Positions 7,931 to 10,500 of a stretch of DNA of 10,500 nt are shown piece after piece (within the stretch, counting starts at the first letter, position 1; each line of letters opens with the position of its first letter). Source of the stretch: an uncultured candidate division Zixibacteria bacterium. Lineage in GTDB: Bacteria; Zixibacteria; MSB-5A5; UBA10806. The notes beneath the pieces are model-generated. The model saw only the letters and a list, made by a program, of their open reading frames with translations. It made no database searches and was not told the origin of the DNA. The translations under genes were made by a program, and so were the position numbers. The DNA lies in assembly GCA_963801605.1 (NCBI GenBank), contig CAWDFP010000012.1:1-10500 (forward strand), given 5' to 3'.

Positions 7931-10500
7931 TCAAAAAATATCAACTTTATCGGCATTATGTTGATCTCTTATTTGCTTCTCCCTATTTTCTTTTTCTTCT
8001 ATCTCTTTTAGTTTTTCTTGCCCAGTTGGCCCCAAGTTGGTTAAGATTTTTTTGATTTTATCCTTAACCATATTGCCGATATAATATTTTTTATAATGAT
8101 ATTTTTCTGATAAAAGTATCGCGAGTCTCTTCATCAGACCAAGAAAGCCTTAGGTAATAAGCACCTATTAGAGACGCAAATGTAATAGTCCGATTACGCC
8201 AGTCGTATATATCCAAATCTATATTCTTTTTTAAAATTTCGGAAATGTTACTGCTGATATTATCAATAGAAATTGTATCTCTATCGGTTAAGGGCAGAGC
8301 GGTGAATGCCCATGACGCAACAAATTGCAGATCTATTATATCGGTACTTAGCCATAATTTAAGTAAGGCATTAATAAATTTCTGAATTGAGGGCGGTTGC
8401 CATAAATTTCGCTCAATTAGCCATGCAAAAGCCCAACTAGCGGAGAAACGTACAAAATGCTCCCTTGCATTTAAGAGCTTATATAATTCCTCGGTTAGGT
8501 TGTTTATTAGCATTTCGTAGTTTGTATCATTTGCCTTTAAATGCGCAATACCTATACTTGACCACGCATATTCCATGATTAGTAAGGCGCCCTTAGATTG
8601 TATTAGGGGATCCTTTTCTTTTATCATATCAATAATTTTATTTACTATTTCGGTGGTGCATGGCTCGCGAAATGATAAACCCAGTTCATTAGAAGACATG
8701 GTGTTCAAAATGCTTCCGATATACGTAAGATCCGATTTAGAAGTTGTGAATAATTCAGATATTTTATTTTTAAAAACAGGGCCATATTTACAATGTTGCA
8801 ATTGGTAAATCTGATCTGGAATTAAACTTAATCTGCATAGCTTAAGCAAGGCCGATTCAAGAACTTCCGGAGTAATTTGAACCTCATCAATTAAGCATTG
8901 CATCAATAGAAATTGCGGCGCATAGATCTTATAATCTTTCAGAGATTCGCTGGGCAAGCTGGCACAAAGTTCTATCAAATGAGAAATTAGTGGTTGTACT
9001 TTTTTACCGGCAAGGACTGCCGAAAGCGGAATTACCTCTTTCCAATTTTCATTATAAATATATGGAGTAAATAATGATAAAAGACTATTATCGGAATTAG
9101 AATCGGGATAATATTGATCTACTATGGCTCTGGCAGCTAAATATTCCTGAAATGTCAAGTGACGGAATTCATACATCGGTTGAAGAGTACCATTTTCGAT
9201 ATCATGGCCCGTGAGCATTAATAAGCTACTGCGTAATTCTATTCCACCAATAAATTCAGATACGCTAAGGGTAGTAAATCCCAATATTTCAGGCATTTGT
9301 TGGCGAGCTATATGCAGTTGATCATTTAATTGCTTGTATGAGATTCGCTGAATTCCCTCCTTCATCATATAATATGCTACAAACGCCAATTGAGGTATTG
9401 CCTCTTCTTGGTCAATTGACTTATGCCCTTCTACATTCCATGTCATTAGTAATACCTCAATTGCCTTTCCATAAAGCACACTTCTTCGGGTCGGGAGTTC
9501 CCTAACCCACCTTTTAACCAAAAGTAATGTAGTTAGCAATAAGGGATTTTGAGCTAGTCTTTTAACTCTATCAGAGTCACAAATTGTTATTGCCAAATTT
9601 TCAGCTTCCGCAATAATATCTTGCCTATTGCCAACAACCTCCTTATGCCATAAAACTGTAAGCCTATTAATATCATCATCATCAAAATCGGCAATCGTAT
9701 AATGCTCACAATGCGAACTAAGCATACCGCCAATAATTCTAAAACCTGCCTCTGGGATGATACTATAACGCTAGTCATTGGATAGGTAAGAGAGGAAAAT
9801 CCAAAGCTGTCGTATAAAGGCTATCCTATCACTTTCATCAGAGATTTCATCAAGTCCATCTATTAGCAATAATACTTTTGCCATCTCGTAAAGATTCATA
9901 TAAAAGATAATCAAATACCGTAGACAGTTCGCTAAGTTCCGACCTTTAATTAATTCCAACAATGAATCACGTATAGGTTTTCTCGCAGTTTCACTCAATT
10001 GCCTACACCTCAAACAAGCGGAATCCAATTACCTTCTGGCAGAAAATCGTTTGATTGAGTTCTCCTTTCAGGAAATGCGTAAGCGATAGCAATTCTTTTA
10101 AGAAGGGTAGTTTTCCCTCCTCCAGGTGCCGCCAATATAGCAAGCTTTGGATAATTAGCGAGAACATCGCCAACCCTTTCTCTTTTAATTTGCTGTACTT
10201 CGTGAGGGGATTTACCAGATTGTATAGCATTTTCTGAAATTGCTTGAAGAGTTTTCTGAAAAGGTCAAAATATCTTCAAGTTTTATTCTTTTTGAACCAA
10301 CTTCTTGATCGGCCGGAAGACCCTCCAAGGTTATTTCACCACATTCTAATTGAAGGTAATTGTAATATCTAGCTCTTGCTTGGCTTACAATTTCACTATT
10401 AAAACTTATCGGAGTTGTCTGGGTTTAAATAAGTTAAGGAATGGAGCTTTCCTTTTACTTTTTCTTTGTCAGCCTTTATTATTATTTTAGCCAATTCAAG
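7931..10500 (-). CDS. NACHT-family STAND NTPase (NLR-related) with C-terminal HEAT/ARM-like repeats; 5' end outside the window; several frameshifts
   Basis: YYNYLQLECGEITLEGLPADQEVGSKRIKLEDI (pre-NACHT); Walker A LAILAAPGGGKTTLLKRIA (core 10109-10132); Walker B LLLIDGLDEI; sensor VIVSS(R); HD1 LAQNPLLLTTL; winged-helix YEFRHLTFQEYLAA; WKEVI; HEAT-like units KDPLIQSKGALLI, REHFVRFSASWAF, DIIDLQFVASWAF. ORF 7931-8134 continues the protein after a 1-nt shift at WSDEE/LAILL. Confidence 0.9.

Noticed and set aside
7931..8134. 67-aa ORF as a separate gene
   Set aside because: It overlaps the NACHT ORF end, has no clear RBS, and joins it by a 1-nt shift; better read as the NACHT C-terminus, though a small partner gene is not fully excluded.
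1..10500. CRISPR array, tRNA/rRNA, transposase or integrase
   Set aside because: No regularly spaced direct repeats, cloverleaf or rRNA-like sequence, or DDE/HUH/tyrosine-recombinase motifs were seen.

Overview
Bacterial genomic window read from an indel-rich sequence (probably an unpolished long read or assembly: even essential genes are split by 1-nt frameshifts). The GC-richer centre holds the conserved minus-strand operon rpmH-rnpA-yidD-yidC-mnmE (7684 to 3377). Between yidC and mnmE, where jag/khpB often sits, lies a small GIY-YIG endonuclease gene missed by the ORF track, bracketed by one complete and one collapsed GTCATTGCGAG...GCAATC palindromic repeat. Both flanks carry AT-rich accessory genes. 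Left: a two-gene operon encoding a SAMHD1-like HD dNTP triphosphohydrolase and a YwgA-like protein, then a secreted beta-barrel-like protein and a ChrB/ChrF-domain gene that runs into the mnmE 3' end. Right, where dnaA usually lies divergently from rpmH: a large NACHT NTPase with HEAT-like C-terminal repeats whose N-terminus is beyond the window. All family calls come from motif recognition by eye, not database searches.
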